Shown: positions 1 to 9,088 of the stretch, piece by piece
Layout of the letters: every line of letters begins with the position of its first letter
Numbering within the stretch: the first letter of the stretch is position 1
Origin: Nitrosopumilus maritimus SCM1
Lineage (GTDB): Archaea; Thermoproteota; Nitrososphaeria; Nitrososphaerales; Nitrosopumilaceae
DNA length: 32,000 bases
Assembly: GCF_000018465.1 (NCBI RefSeq)
Contig: NC_010085.1
Span: forward strand, 1,050,001 to 1,082,000
Direction: 5' to 3'
Program-made: the position numbers and the translations under genes
Notes under the pieces: model-generated
The model's database searches: none
What the model was told of the DNA's origin: nothing
What the model saw: only the letters and a program-made list of their open reading frames with translations

Positions 1-102
1 ACTAATGTCCAGTTCACGTGAGATTTGTCTAAAGGACTTTCTTCCATCTTCCTGCAAAGACTGGATTATTCCAATATCTACTTCATCTAATTCATGAGGC
101 AT
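1..102 (-). CDS. Lrp/AsnC-family HTH regulator, N-terminus only (runs off window start)
   Basis: Minus-strand ATG at 102 reads MPHELDEVDIGIIQSLQEDGRKSFRQISRELDIS, typical Lrp/AsnC N-terminal HTH; not in ORF track because truncated. Confidence 0.75.
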   Translation of the reverse strand, partial: MPHELDEVDIGIIQSLQEDGRKSFRQISRELDIS

Positions 103-212
103 GGATTATCATACAATCTTTCCATATTTATGAACCAAACTTTACAATTGTAAAATTACAAAAATGCTAGTTATTGGCTAGAGATGAGTATTATCTATGA
201 AATCTTACTTCA

Positions 213-1010
213 TTACCTGTTTAATTGCCCGTCAATGACTCTCTGAAATGTAGAGTATGGCTGAGCCCCAGATATAGGAGTAAATCCGATATCTGCATTT
301 CCTACAAAGAATCCAGGAGTTCCAGAGACACCATACGTGCGCCCATCATTGAGATCATTTTGAACCTCCTCAATGTATTTTCCTGAATCCAAACAAGAAT
401 CAAACTCGATAGAATCAAGACCCAGTTCTGATGCATATTGCTTGTAAAGTGTAACAGATTGAGCAACAGGCAGGTCTTTCCAAATTTGTTGGTCTTCAAA
501 AATCATGTCATGCATCTCCCAGAACTTTCCTTGATCATCAGCGCATTCAGATGCCAGTGCTGCAGGAACAGCATTTGGATGAATGTTTTGAATTGGGAAA
601 TCTCTGTAAACAAAGTTCACTTTTCCTGTTTGGATATAGTTTTGCTCTATTAGTGGAAGTGTTGTCTCATGAAATTTTGCGCAAAATGGGCACTGGAAAT
701 CAGAGAATTCAACTATGGTAATTGATGCGTTTGGATTTCCCTTCATAGGATCATCATCAAAAGAGATGTTTCTAATAATCTGAGGCCCAAATTGTTGTTG
801 AGAAGCAGTACTTGGTTGCAGGTTTGGAACAGATTCCCTTATGACAACTTCTTTTGGCTCAGCAGTCTCTCCACCAATTACATAACCTCCCAAAAATGCA
901 GAAACGATAGATACTGCAACAATTGCCACAATTAGCCGATTAAATGTGGATTTGCTTACAGAGATTTCTTTGTCTGGTTTTTGATCCTCAATGAATTCAA
1001 AATCTTCCAC
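213..1010 (-). CDS. DsbA-like membrane-anchored thioredoxin-fold protein (CPFC active site)
   Basis: N-terminal TM segment, then VEFSDFQCPFCAKFH, FRDFPI, GTPGFFVGN (cis-Pro loop) motifs of the DsbA family. Confidence 0.93.
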   Translation of the reverse strand: MEDFEFIEDQKPDKEISVSKSTFNRLIVAIVAVSIVSAFLGGYVIGGETAEPKEVVIRESVPNLQPSTASQQQFGPQIIRNISFDDDPMKGNPNASITIVEFSDFQCPFCAKFHETTLPLIEQNYIQTGKVNFVYRDFPIQNIHPNAVPAALASECADDQGKFWEMHDMIFEDQQIWKDLPVAQSVTLYKQYASELGLDSIEFDSCLDSGKYIEEVQNDLNDGRTYGVSGTPGFFVGNADIGFTPISGAQPYSTFQRVIDGQLNR

Positions 1011-1124
1011 ACAACATGTAATTTCTCAAGAAATATAATAACAGGTCTTTACAATTGTAAGGAATATCAGAATTTTAAAAAAAATAACACATATCAAGAA
1101 ATGTACAGAATAAATCAGATAATT

Positions 1125-1814
1125 CTAATTTTTGGCCCAACCACGCTGAATTAGCTTTTCCGCAGTATTGGAACTAACACAAGCAGGACTGTTATCTGTA
1201 GTTTTGAGTACCAATTGCAAATTTTCTTTGCATAAAATGTCATCAGGTAAAATACCACTTGCAACTTGTTTTAGGGGCGCCAGGTCTGAAGCAGGAGGAT
1301 CTACGTTAACATCTGATTCCAAATTATCGTTTTCCAATTTTTCTATGATTTGTACTACTAGAAATTCATAAACTAATGTTTCCACATCATTTGTGATTAA
1401 AACAAGTTTGTATTTTCCAGGAAGCTCATTAAAGAAGAATGTTTGAGGAAGTTGCCATTCACTGTGTGAAGTTGAAGGAGCTATACCTGTTTCTTTGGTA
1501 GTTGTCTTCCAGAGAACGCTGTCCCTGTATACGTTGATCATATCAGGGATTGTTCCATTCCCACCTATTCCATAAAAAGTTCCCAGATCAACAACAGGTA
1601 ATTTGGTATCAGGATCCTCAAAAATTCCAACAGAGCTGTCCACTACACTAAATATGCTCACGGATTGAGGTACAAATGTTTCATCACACAGTATGTTTTT
1701 TGTATTATTCATATTGATGCATTCATCATGTGCTGGCGAATCATCTGCAAATGATTTTTCAACATCAATTGTTAAAAGAAAAATTAGTGGAAGAATTATC
1801 CAAATTAGTTTCAT
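1125..1814 (-). CDS. Secreted hypothetical protein
   Basis: Signal peptide MKLIWIILPLIFLLTIDVEKSFADD; long intact ORF. Confidence 0.8.
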   Translation of the reverse strand: MKLIWIILPLIFLLTIDVEKSFADDSPAHDECINMNNTKNILCDETFVPQSVSIFSVVDSSVGIFEDPDTKLPVVDLGTFYGIGGNGTIPDMINVYRDSVLWKTTTKETGIAPSTSHSEWQLPQTFFFNELPGKYKLVLITNDVETLVYEFLVVQIIEKLENDNLESDVNVDPPASDLAPLKQVASGILPDDILCKENLQLVLKTTDNSPACVSSNTAEKLIQRGWAKN

Positions 1815-1955
1815 TGTAGATATGAAATTAAAATCATAAATAAATCTAATTGAAAAATTGGTAGTATCGTCATTACAATTGTAAAATTAATTTTTTTCAT
1901 TTTACAGTTGTAAATATACAAAGTAATAACTGATAAAAATAATTTTCAAAACAAA

Positions 1956-2063
1956 ATGAACAAGGATGTTTTTGTGTTAGCAGGAATTTTAATTAGTGTT
2001 GGAATACCTGTGGCACTAATGATTTTAGTCGAAAGAGGAATCATCAACAATCCGTTTAGATAG
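1956..2063 (+). CDS. Putative 35-aa single-TM micropeptide
   Basis: Read by eye: MNKDVFVLAGILISVGIPVALMILVERGIINNPFR*; hydrophobic core 15-20 aa; below ORF track length limit. Confidence 0.5.
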   Translation: MNKDVFVLAGILISVGIPVALMILVERGIINNPFR

Positions 2064-2122
2064 AACATAGTTTTTTCAAAACTAATTAATCAAAATATTG
2101 TTTGAATAAATAATTTACAAAG

Positions 2123-2869
2123 CTACTGTTCTAATTTCTCATCAATGATTTTTTGAAAATCTGAAAATGACTGTGTGCCAAACAATGAGGAATATCCCAC
2201 TTTATCATTGCCAACAAAAAACGTAGGAGTGCCTGAAACTGCATAATCACGACCGTCACCAACATCAGAATTTATCTCATCAGCATATTTTCCTGAATCC
2301 AAACAAGAGTCAAATTTTTCTTGATTTAGGACCAATGTGTTGGCAAATTGCTTGAATGTTAAAAGGGATAAATCAGATTCGTTTTGCCTCCACGTATGCT
2401 GATTTTCGAACAAAATATCATGATATTCCCAAAATTTACCTTGCTCATTAGCACATTCTGAGGCTAGTGCAGCAGACATGGAATTATCATAAATTTTTGG
2501 TATGGGGAAATCACGATAGATCAGATTTACCTTGCCTGTATCGATATATTGTGTTTTCAGTAACGGTAATGTATCAGAATAAAACCTAAGACAAAACTTG
2601 CATTGAAAATTAGAGAATTCAACAATAGATAATGGTGCATCAGGATCACCTAACAGAGGATCATTATCTTTTGAGATTTGGGAAGGAGTATTAGATTTAG
2701 AATCTTTTAACTCGGCTAGTCTTTGTTCTAAATTTGCTAGCTCTTGTTTTCTAACTGTATCCTGTCCAACTTCCATTCCAACAAGATATCCTAGAAAAAA
2801 AACAACCAGTACTACTGATGCTACACAGAGCACAAGATTATTTTTTACAAATGTTTTTACCAGCATCAC
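2123..2869 (-). CDS. DsbA-like thioredoxin-fold protein with CKFC motif
   Basis: VEFSNFQCKFCLRFYSDTLP, YRDFPIP, GTPTFFVGN; N-terminal TM. Confidence 0.92.
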   Translation of the reverse strand: MMLVKTFVKNNLVLCVASVVLVVFFLGYLVGMEVGQDTVRKQELANLEQRLAELKDSKSNTPSQISKDNDPLLGDPDAPLSIVEFSNFQCKFCLRFYSDTLPLLKTQYIDTGKVNLIYRDFPIPKIYDNSMSAALASECANEQGKFWEYHDILFENQHTWRQNESDLSLLTFKQFANTLVLNQEKFDSCLDSGKYADEINSDVGDGRDYAVSGTPTFFVGNDKVGYSSLFGTQSFSDFQKIIDEKLEQ

Positions 2870-2972
2870 ATCAAGAATGAAATCAGAGATAATTAACTAC
2901 TGAATTTTACAAGTGTAAAGTTTTCAATTGTAAAATAATCAATTAATTCTCAAAATATTAAAATTCTAGAGA

Positions 2973-3077
2973 TTATCTCATAGCATCAAATCCACCTATT
3001 GCAGGTGAGCCAATAATTACTGCAAACGTAATTACTATTCCTAAAAGTGCAATTACAATAGCAAAACGTCTATTCAT
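2973..3077 (-). CDS. Putative 34-aa single-TM micropeptide
   Basis: Read by eye on minus strand: MNRRFAIVIALLGIVITFAVIIGSPAIGGFDAMR*. Confidence 0.5.
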   Translation of the reverse strand: MNRRFAIVIALLGIVITFAVIIGSPAIGGFDAMR

Positions 3078-3122
3078 GCAGACAATGTTGTTGTTTTTGT
3101 TAAAAAGTAATATGATTATTTT

Positions 3123-3431
3123 TTGAAATATTATGTTACAATATTTTTTATAATAAATTCAAATCACAATACAATCATGGAAGAATATGAAATTACATGT
3201 GTCAAGCAGGATTTTTTTGGCAACATAACACATGTGGAAGTTAACGGGAAAGAACTTCGTTCAGAAACTATCGTACACTGGCTACGAATAAAAAAATACA
3301 GTTTCTATACGTACAAAGAAGACAACAAGGTGTACATTTATCCAAAAAAGAATTGGCTTTCAGGCTGGTTTTTGACAACTGATCCGTACAGCGACCAGGC
3401 AAACAATCTAGAATTCTTGTGTAAATGCTGA
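3123..3431 (+). CDS. Small hypothetical protein; true start probably the internal MEEYEITCVKQ
   Basis: ORF track; the MEEYEITCVKQDFFGNITHVEVNGKE... part looks like a compact soluble domain. Confidence 0.6.
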   Translation: MKYYVTIFFIINSNHNTIMEEYEITCVKQDFFGNITHVEVNGKELRSETIVHWLRIKKYSFYTYKEDNKVYIYPKKNWLSGWFLTTDPYSDQANNLEFLCKC

Positions 3432-3528
3432 CCAACATGTTGCTTACCTAGTTGTCTATATGATTTCAAACAAATTGCGTTGATGTTTTCTTTGATAAAA
3501 TCAGATTATAGAGTCATATTCTATATTT

Positions 3529-3921
3529 TTGGATTTACTAGTTTTTTTATATCATGCACAATTACAAAATTTTTTTGTGACAAAGAAGTTAAGGCCATTG
3601 TTAGTAGAAAAGTACGATATTTCTCATAAAATCTTCAACGAGCTGGCCAATTTGGAATCAAGACACATTCTATTTTCAATCATAAAAAAACCAAAAACAA
3701 CACAAGAGATTTCAAAAGAATTGAAAATTCCTATGAGCTCAGTTTACAAAAAAATTCACAGCCTTAAAGAATGCTCATTGATTTTGGAGAAATCAGATTT
3801 TGCAAAAACAGGTCACGTAAATAGATTGTACCAAAGTCTGATCAGAGACGTAAAAATCAGCATCAAGGAATTTGAACCAAAAATAACATTTAGCAAGAAT
3901 ACAAGTATCAAAAATGAGTAG
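3529..3921 (+). CDS. Winged-HTH transcriptional regulator
   Basis: LANLESRHILFSIIKKPKTTQEISKELKIPMSSVYKKIHSLKECSLI is a canonical wHTH pattern. Confidence 0.75.
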   Translation: MDLLVFLYHAQLQNFFVTKKLRPLLVEKYDISHKIFNELANLESRHILFSIIKKPKTTQEISKELKIPMSSVYKKIHSLKECSLILEKSDFAKTGHVNRLYQSLIRDVKISIKEFEPKITFSKNTSIKNE

Positions 3922-3939
3922 ACAGACATCTCTAAAAAT

Positions 3940-4128
3940 TTGCAGTTTGTGCGGAGGGATTTCCACAATACATTATTTCACAAAACAGAAAAACAAATGT
4001 CCAAAATGCAGACTCTTGATCCCATAATGACATGTAGAGGAATTTGTGAAAGGTATCGTTTTGAAAGTAAAAGATACGGGAAAGATATCAAAAGATGTAG
4101 CTCACGTATGAAAATTGTATATCATTAG
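3940..4128 (+). CDS. Small protein containing MTCRGICERYRF...YGKDIKRC
   Basis: Cys/Tyr/Arg pattern resembles small archaeal Zn-ribbon-like proteins; the C-terminus lacks a second CxxC, so it may be degraded or frameshifted. Confidence 0.4.
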   Translation: MQFVRRDFHNTLFHKTEKQMSKMQTLDPIMTCRGICERYRFESKRYGKDIKRCSSRMKIVYH

Positions 4129-4156
4129 TGAGTTTATTCTTCGTAAATATATCAAA

Positions 4157-4861
4157 TTAAAACGCAATCAAATTCTCAAGAATTCCAATCTGAAATATTA
4201 TGTTAAACCCAATAATAAGACTGAATATTCCCGATACATATCTGAAAGTCTTTTGAATCATTCCAATTTTACTAGTAAAGACAAGAGGTATTCCCATGAG
4301 ACCTCCAACTAGAGTCATTCCAATCATCGAACCAATTCCAAATATCATAATAAAACTCAAAACCAGTTCAATATTTTCTAAAGTTGTGGCAGTTAACACT
4401 ACAAGACTTCCGCTTCCTGCCAACCCATGGATTAAACCAATCAAATATGATTTGTGAGCATGTCTATGATCAGAATCATTATGATTATGTTCATCAAGAT
4501 GAATAGTTCCATCTTTGTGTTGATGTGGGTGTTTGTGTTTGAGTTGGATTTTTTTATTAACAATTGTAGTTATTCCCAGAAATACAAGCATCAGTCCTAC
4601 TGCAAACTCAAATCCAAAAAAGATCTGATCCTGAATTGTTATTGCAAGTACATATACTAAAAATCCAATCAGAACTAGAGTTGTAGTGTGTCCTGCTCCC
4701 CAAAGTGCGCCAAGAATAGATGATTTTGTAAGAGATTCTTTGAGTGATGCTCCTACGGATTTCTGCAGATATTTTGATTTTGATATCTGAGTACTTACTG
4801 CAGCAACATGATCTGGTTCAAATGCATGTTGAATTCCAACTACAAGTCCTAATCCCATCAC
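4157..4861 (-). CDS. NiCoT/HupE-UreH-like Ni/Co membrane transporter
   Basis: HAFEPDHVAAVST (HX4DH signature), second motif GLIHGLAGSGSL, multiple TMs and a His-rich cytoplasmic loop (HKHPHQHKDG...HNHNDSDHRHAH). Confidence 0.85.
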   Translation of the reverse strand: MMGLGLVVGIQHAFEPDHVAAVSTQISKSKYLQKSVGASLKESLTKSSILGALWGAGHTTTLVLIGFLVYVLAITIQDQIFFGFEFAVGLMLVFLGITTIVNKKIQLKHKHPHQHKDGTIHLDEHNHNDSDHRHAHKSYLIGLIHGLAGSGSLVVLTATTLENIELVLSFIMIFGIGSMIGMTLVGGLMGIPLVFTSKIGMIQKTFRYVSGIFSLIIGFNIIFQIGILENLIAF

Positions 4862-5121
4862 TAAAGAAGGAGTAAGTATTCCAATTTGTTCAAGAACTTC
4901 TTCTACTATGAGATATCAACTAATTTGTTCAAAGTATAATTAATAAAATTAAGTGTTAATTGTTTTCCAGTAAAAATAGTGATAAAAAATTGATGAGTCA
5001 TACATTAGAATCTAAAAAAATATCCGAAACAGATTATCTGTAAAAAATGAATCAAAAACAGTATTTTAAAACAAAGTGAATGACTCAATTCTCACAAAGT
5101 TTGAACCATTTTTAGGCAAAT

Positions 5122-5160
5122 GTTTAGTTCACAGATCAATAGTCGTTTAGCAAGTATTGG
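5122..5160. repeat. Copy A of a 39-nt flanking repeat of the metal cluster
   Basis: tgtttagttcacagatcaatagtcgtttagcaagtattg; 32/39 identical to 7725-7763. Confidence 0.6.
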
Positions 5161-5188
5161 TTACACATGAAATAATCATTTTCTACAA

Positions 5189-5299
5189 TTAACAATCACA
5201 TTTGCACCCTTTTCCAAACTTTGGATTGCATATTTTACAATCCAACATACACTTGTCTTCAGGGCAATAACCGCAAAACTGCTTTCTCTTGGATTCCAA
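5189..5299 (-). CDS. Putative 8-Cys metallothionein-like peptide (TTG start), or in-frame continuation of the Met-rich ORF beyond TAG
   Basis: Frame after TAG (5312-5314) reads RIQVLESKRKQFCGYCPEDKCMLDCKICNPKFGKGCKCDC* (TAA at 5189-5191). TTG codon at 5297-5299 is a possible start. Not in ORF track. Confidence 0.55.
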   Translation of the reverse strand: MESKRKQFCGYCPEDKCMLDCKICNPKFGKGCKCDC

Positions 5300-5311
5300 T
5301 ACTTGTATTCT

Positions 5312-6625
5312 CTAAGGATTGTTCAGACTCTGTATGAATTGTTGATTGTTCATCATGTTATTCATCATTTGAGGATTCATCATCATGTTATTCATCATTT
5401 GCTGTCGTAGTTCTGGATCATCCATCATTTGGTTCATTATTGAACTCATCATGTTACCCATCATTCCTTGCATGTGCCAAGGATTGTTTAACATCATATC
5501 ATGCATGTTCTGCATTGCTTGTGGATTACTCATCATCTGATTCATCATGTTATTCATCATGTGGTGATTATTCATTGTCCAGTTACTGTTCATCACAGGA
5601 TTCATGTTCATCATGTTCATCATTTGATTATTGTTCATCATATCATACATCATTTGTGGGTGATTCATCATGTCAATCATCATCTGCTGTCTAAGTTCAG
5701 GATCATTCATTGCAGTTCCCATCATGCTTGTATTGTTCATAGTTGACATCATTCCGTGATTCATTCCCATCATGTTATTCATCATCATTCCTTTACCCAT
5801 CATAGAGCCACCCATCATGTTGTTGTTCATCATGTTATTTCCCATCATCATGTTTGAGCCCATCATGTTGCCCATCATCATTCCACCTTTCATCATGTTC
5901 ATCATCATTCCATTATTCATCATGTCTTGTATCATCTGAGGGTTGTTTGTCATCATATCCATCATTTGTTGTCTAGTAGTAGGATCATTCATCATTCCCA
6001 TCATACCATGATTCATTGAACCTCCCATCATCATGTTCATCATAGTACCATTTCCCCGAATTGTTTGCATCATTGGTTGGTGTTGCATCATCATATCCAT
6101 CATTTGTTGACGTAGTTCTGGATCATTCATCATAGTATTCATCATAGGACTCATCATCTGAGGGTTGTTTGTCATAGTTGACATCATTTGATTAGTCATT
6201 GTCTGCAAATGTTGAGGATCATTTGTCATGACATCATACCAAAGCTTTCCAGTTTGAGGATTGTTCATCATACTATTCATTACTCGTTGCATTTGTTGAG
6301 GATCGTTTGCCATCATGTTCATATCCCAATTACCCCAACCACGATCTGCCAATCTCAAATAGCTGTCAGGATTGACACAGACAGATGTTCCCATATTTCT
6401 CATCATGAGAACTTTGCCATCAACACATGTGATTTGGTCGGGACTTGTTCCCATCATCATTTGTTGTCTAGGGGTCATATGAGGAGTCATTTGAGCAAAA
6501 ACGGGTTCAGAGATTAATGAAAATGAAATTACTGTTAGAGTAAAAACCAAAATTCCCGCAAAGAGGTAGTTATTCAATGAATTTTTTATGTAATTATGGG
6601 ATTTAAGTGAAATTCCAATTTTCAT
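5312..6625 (-). CDS. Secreted Met/Asn-rich repeat protein, putative copper/metal-binding
   Basis: Signal peptide (LFAGILVFTLTVISFSLISEPVFA) followed by many degenerate MMNN/DPELRQQMMDMM/NNPQMM repeats. Confidence 0.88.
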   Translation of the reverse strand: MKIGISLKSHNYIKNSLNNYLFAGILVFTLTVISFSLISEPVFAQMTPHMTPRQQMMMGTSPDQITCVDGKVLMMRNMGTSVCVNPDSYLRLADRGWGNWDMNMMANDPQQMQRVMNSMMNNPQTGKLWYDVMTNDPQHLQTMTNQMMSTMTNNPQMMSPMMNTMMNDPELRQQMMDMMMQHQPMMQTIRGNGTMMNMMMGGSMNHGMMGMMNDPTTRQQMMDMMTNNPQMIQDMMNNGMMMNMMKGGMMMGNMMGSNMMMGNNMMNNNMMGGSMMGKGMMMNNMMGMNHGMMSTMNNTSMMGTAMNDPELRQQMMIDMMNHPQMMYDMMNNNQMMNMMNMNPVMNSNWTMNNHHMMNNMMNQMMSNPQAMQNMHDMMLNNPWHMQGMMGNMMSSIMNQMMDDPELRQQMMNNMMMNPQMMNNMMNNQQFIQSLNNP

Positions 6626-6646
6626 AATTGATTCTATTAATTTAGA

Positions 6647-7015
6647 ATGTTCTATTTATATAATATTATATCATTAATTGATGATATGTTAAAGATGGTA
6701 AATGACAAACTGGAACTTAAAGCAAAATTGTTCAGAGGTTTCGGAGATGTGACAAGATTAGCCATTCTAGAATCAGTATCAGATGGAGAAAAGACAGTTA
6801 CAGAGATTGCAGAAAAACTAAAGCAAAGCCAACCAAACGTATCTAATCATTTGTCCTGCTTGTTAGAATGTGGTCTAGTCAAGAGCAGGAAGGATGGCAA
6901 GAATAGATTTTACAGTATTGGAGACAAAAGAGTTGCCAAGCTTCTCAAACAAAGTGATGATATTTTGACTGACATTGCAGATGGAATCTATTCCTGTGTC
7001 AATTACAAAAAATAA
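6647..7015 (+). CDS. ArsR-family metalloregulator-like repressor (start likely 6686 or 6695)
   Basis: FRGFGDVTRLAILESVSDGEKTVTEIAEKLKQSQPNVSNHLSCLLECGLVKSRKDGKNRFYSI; classical ArsR wHTH. Confidence 0.92.
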   Translation: MFYLYNIISLIDDMLKMVNDKLELKAKLFRGFGDVTRLAILESVSDGEKTVTEIAEKLKQSQPNVSNHLSCLLECGLVKSRKDGKNRFYSIGDKRVAKLLKQSDDILTDIADGIYSCVNYKK

Positions 7016-7093
7016 TCTTGTGGTTCTTTATTGGAAATTCTTTTGATTGTTGCAAGATTTGCATTCAAACACAATTTGTCATGAGGAAATGAA

Positions 7094-7711
7094 ATGTCTG
7101 ACGATGACGATTTACCAAAAGATCTAGCACACATCACTCCTGCTTATCGTAGAGCATTATGGATAGTTGTTTTGCTTAATGTGGGTTATGGATTAGTCGA
7201 AATGATTGGAGGATTCTTTGCAGATTCCCAAGCACTCAAAGCAGACGCACTAGATTTTCTAGGAGATGGTTCTATTACATTCTTAGGACTGCTTGCTATA
7301 GGATGGGGGCTTAAACTTCGAGCTCGTTCAGCACTCATTCAAGGAATATTTCTAGGAGTTATGGGAATTGGTGTTCTAGCGTACACAATTTACCGAACGC
7401 AAGTTCTACAAACCCCTGAAGCTGGACTAATGGGAATACTTGGTTTTGGTGCATTATTGATCAATGTTATTGCAGTTATCATATTGCTTCCACATCGAAA
7501 AGGTGATGCTAATGTTCGTGCAGTATGGCTCTTTAGTAGAAACGATGCACTTGGAAATATTTTGGTCATAGTCGGTGCAGGTTTTGTCTTTTTGACAGAC
7601 ACGTCATTTCCTGATCTTATTGTAGCAGGCATTATTGCAAGTCTCTTTTTGCAATCCTCATGGTCAATAATAAAAGATGCACGAAGTGATCTAAAAAAAT
7701 CTGAAGTGTGA
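7094..7711 (+). CDS. Cation diffusion facilitator (CDF) family metal transporter
   Basis: SQALKADALDFLGDGS and FSRNDALGNILVIVGAG motifs, multiple TMs. Confidence 0.88.
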   Translation: MSDDDDLPKDLAHITPAYRRALWIVVLLNVGYGLVEMIGGFFADSQALKADALDFLGDGSITFLGLLAIGWGLKLRARSALIQGIFLGVMGIGVLAYTIYRTQVLQTPEAGLMGILGFGALLINVIAVIILLPHRKGDANVRAVWLFSRNDALGNILVIVGAGFVFLTDTSFPDLIVAGIIASLFLQSSWSIIKDARSDLKKSEV

Positions 7712-7724
7712 GACTAATGGATAG

Positions 7725-7763
7725 TGTTTGGTTCACAGACCAATAGTTGTTTTACGAGTGTTG
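7725..7763. repeat. Copy B of a 39-nt flanking repeat of the metal cluster
   Basis: tgtttggttcacagaccaatagttgttttacgagtgttg; both copies can form CAATA...TATTG/TGTTG. Confidence 0.6.
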
Positions 7764-7912
7764 GTTCCAATCTCTACAGACTATGCCACCAAAGTGTCTT
7801 GAAAAAAGTTCCTAAAAACAACATATTTCAAACAAAATTTGTGTTGAGTGATGATTGTTAATCAAAGTTCAGTTTTGTAGCGGATTAAATATCATGAAAG
7901 GTAACAAATTGT

Positions 7913-9058
7913 GTGAAAAATTCAGTCTGTCTTGCACTGATCGCATCACTGATTTTAATTCTACCAGCACAATATGTTTATGCAGATAATTGGGGTTTAC
8001 CAACATTTGATCTAACCAATACTTTTGAATCAATAGTTGAGCCAATTTCAAAACCTGCTGAAATCAATGAGCTTATGTGGGAATTACCTTTCGTAATTCA
8101 AAAATTACATGATGGTATGATAGATTATGAAATTTTAGCCAAGATTGGAGACAAATTGCACTATGTCAAAAATACATATCCAGATGAATTTGATCTTTTA
8201 GTAACAATATTTCCAGATGTGCCAGAATTTCTAGATCATTTCTATACATATGAAAAATATGTTTTAATCAGTTCTATTTCACATTCAATGAATTCGGATG
8301 ATATTTTAGATATTCCTGAAATCACTATTCCATTACAACAGATTGCAATTGATGATATGATGATGCAAATGGCATATGCTGAAAATCTTGAAGGTGTGGA
8401 TTCTAAACAAGAGATTACAACAAAAATTGCATTTGAGGTTATGGAAAAAGTACACACAATTGATCCTAAATCAGGAAAAGAAGTATCTCTTGGAGAGCAT
8501 TTGAATACATTATTCCCAGAACGGACATATGAAGAGATGTTATTCTTAGTTACAGGTACAGAATACATTTTTTCAATACCTCTTGTACCTCATGAGGATC
8601 AACTCATATCTATAGATGAATTGTGTCAACGGGAGATAGACGCACAAAAATGTGAATTATTAAAAAAATATGCAATATTGGGTCACAAAGCTGCAAAAAA
8701 AGACCCTGATGCAGCATTAGAAATAACAAAAATAATTTTGGAAATTGCTCTTGATGTAAACTATAAGACAAATGCTGGACACGATGACAAGATACTATTT
8801 GCATTGTATTATGCCGATAAAAGTTCAGAAGAACTCTTAGATGAAAAAATGTTTAGGATTGACGGTAATATGATGTCATTGAATGACATGACTAATTTAC
8901 AATGTGGGGATGCAAACATCAGTCTTGCAGAAAAAATGATTGTAAGCTACAACTTCAAAAAACAAAATGTTGTGGAGATGCAATCCGAATATAATGATGT
9001 GATTAATCTTTTGCAAAACATCGATGAAGATAGTTGCAGTTTGTCATTAGTAAAGTAA
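7913..9058 (+). CDS. Secreted hypothetical protein (GTG start)
   Basis: Signal peptide MKNSVCLALIASLILILPAQYVYADN; long intact ORF starting GTG at 7913. Confidence 0.8.
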   Translation: MKNSVCLALIASLILILPAQYVYADNWGLPTFDLTNTFESIVEPISKPAEINELMWELPFVIQKLHDGMIDYEILAKIGDKLHYVKNTYPDEFDLLVTIFPDVPEFLDHFYTYEKYVLISSISHSMNSDDILDIPEITIPLQQIAIDDMMMQMAYAENLEGVDSKQEITTKIAFEVMEKVHTIDPKSGKEVSLGEHLNTLFPERTYEEMLFLVTGTEYIFSIPLVPHEDQLISIDELCQREIDAQKCELLKKYAILGHKAAKKDPDAALEITKIILEIALDVNYKTNAGHDDKILFALYYADKSSEELLDEKMFRIDGNMMSLNDMTNLQCGDANISLAEKMIVSYNFKKQNVVEMQSEYNDVINLLQNIDEDSCSLSLVK

Positions 9059-9088
9059 TTTCATAAATAAAAATTTCAAATATGGAAG

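Noticed and set aside
302-653. Small ORFs 302-499 (-) and 438-653 (+)
   Set aside because: Lie inside the well-supported DsbA-like gene in other frames; no domain character.
5440-5746. Plus-strand ORFs 5440-5694 and 5501-5746 (Ser/Cys-rich and His-rich)
   Set aside because: Antisense shadows of the low-complexity ATG/AAC-rich repeat in the Met-rich gene; the compositional bias alone produces them.
6188-6517. Plus-strand ORF 6188-6517
   Set aside because: Same reason: antisense of the Met-rich repeat region.
7094-7711. Treating the non-HxxxD metal site of the CDF protein as non-functional
   Set aside because: Asp/Asn variants of this site are, to my knowledge, seen in CDF-like families; kept as a functional CDF call.
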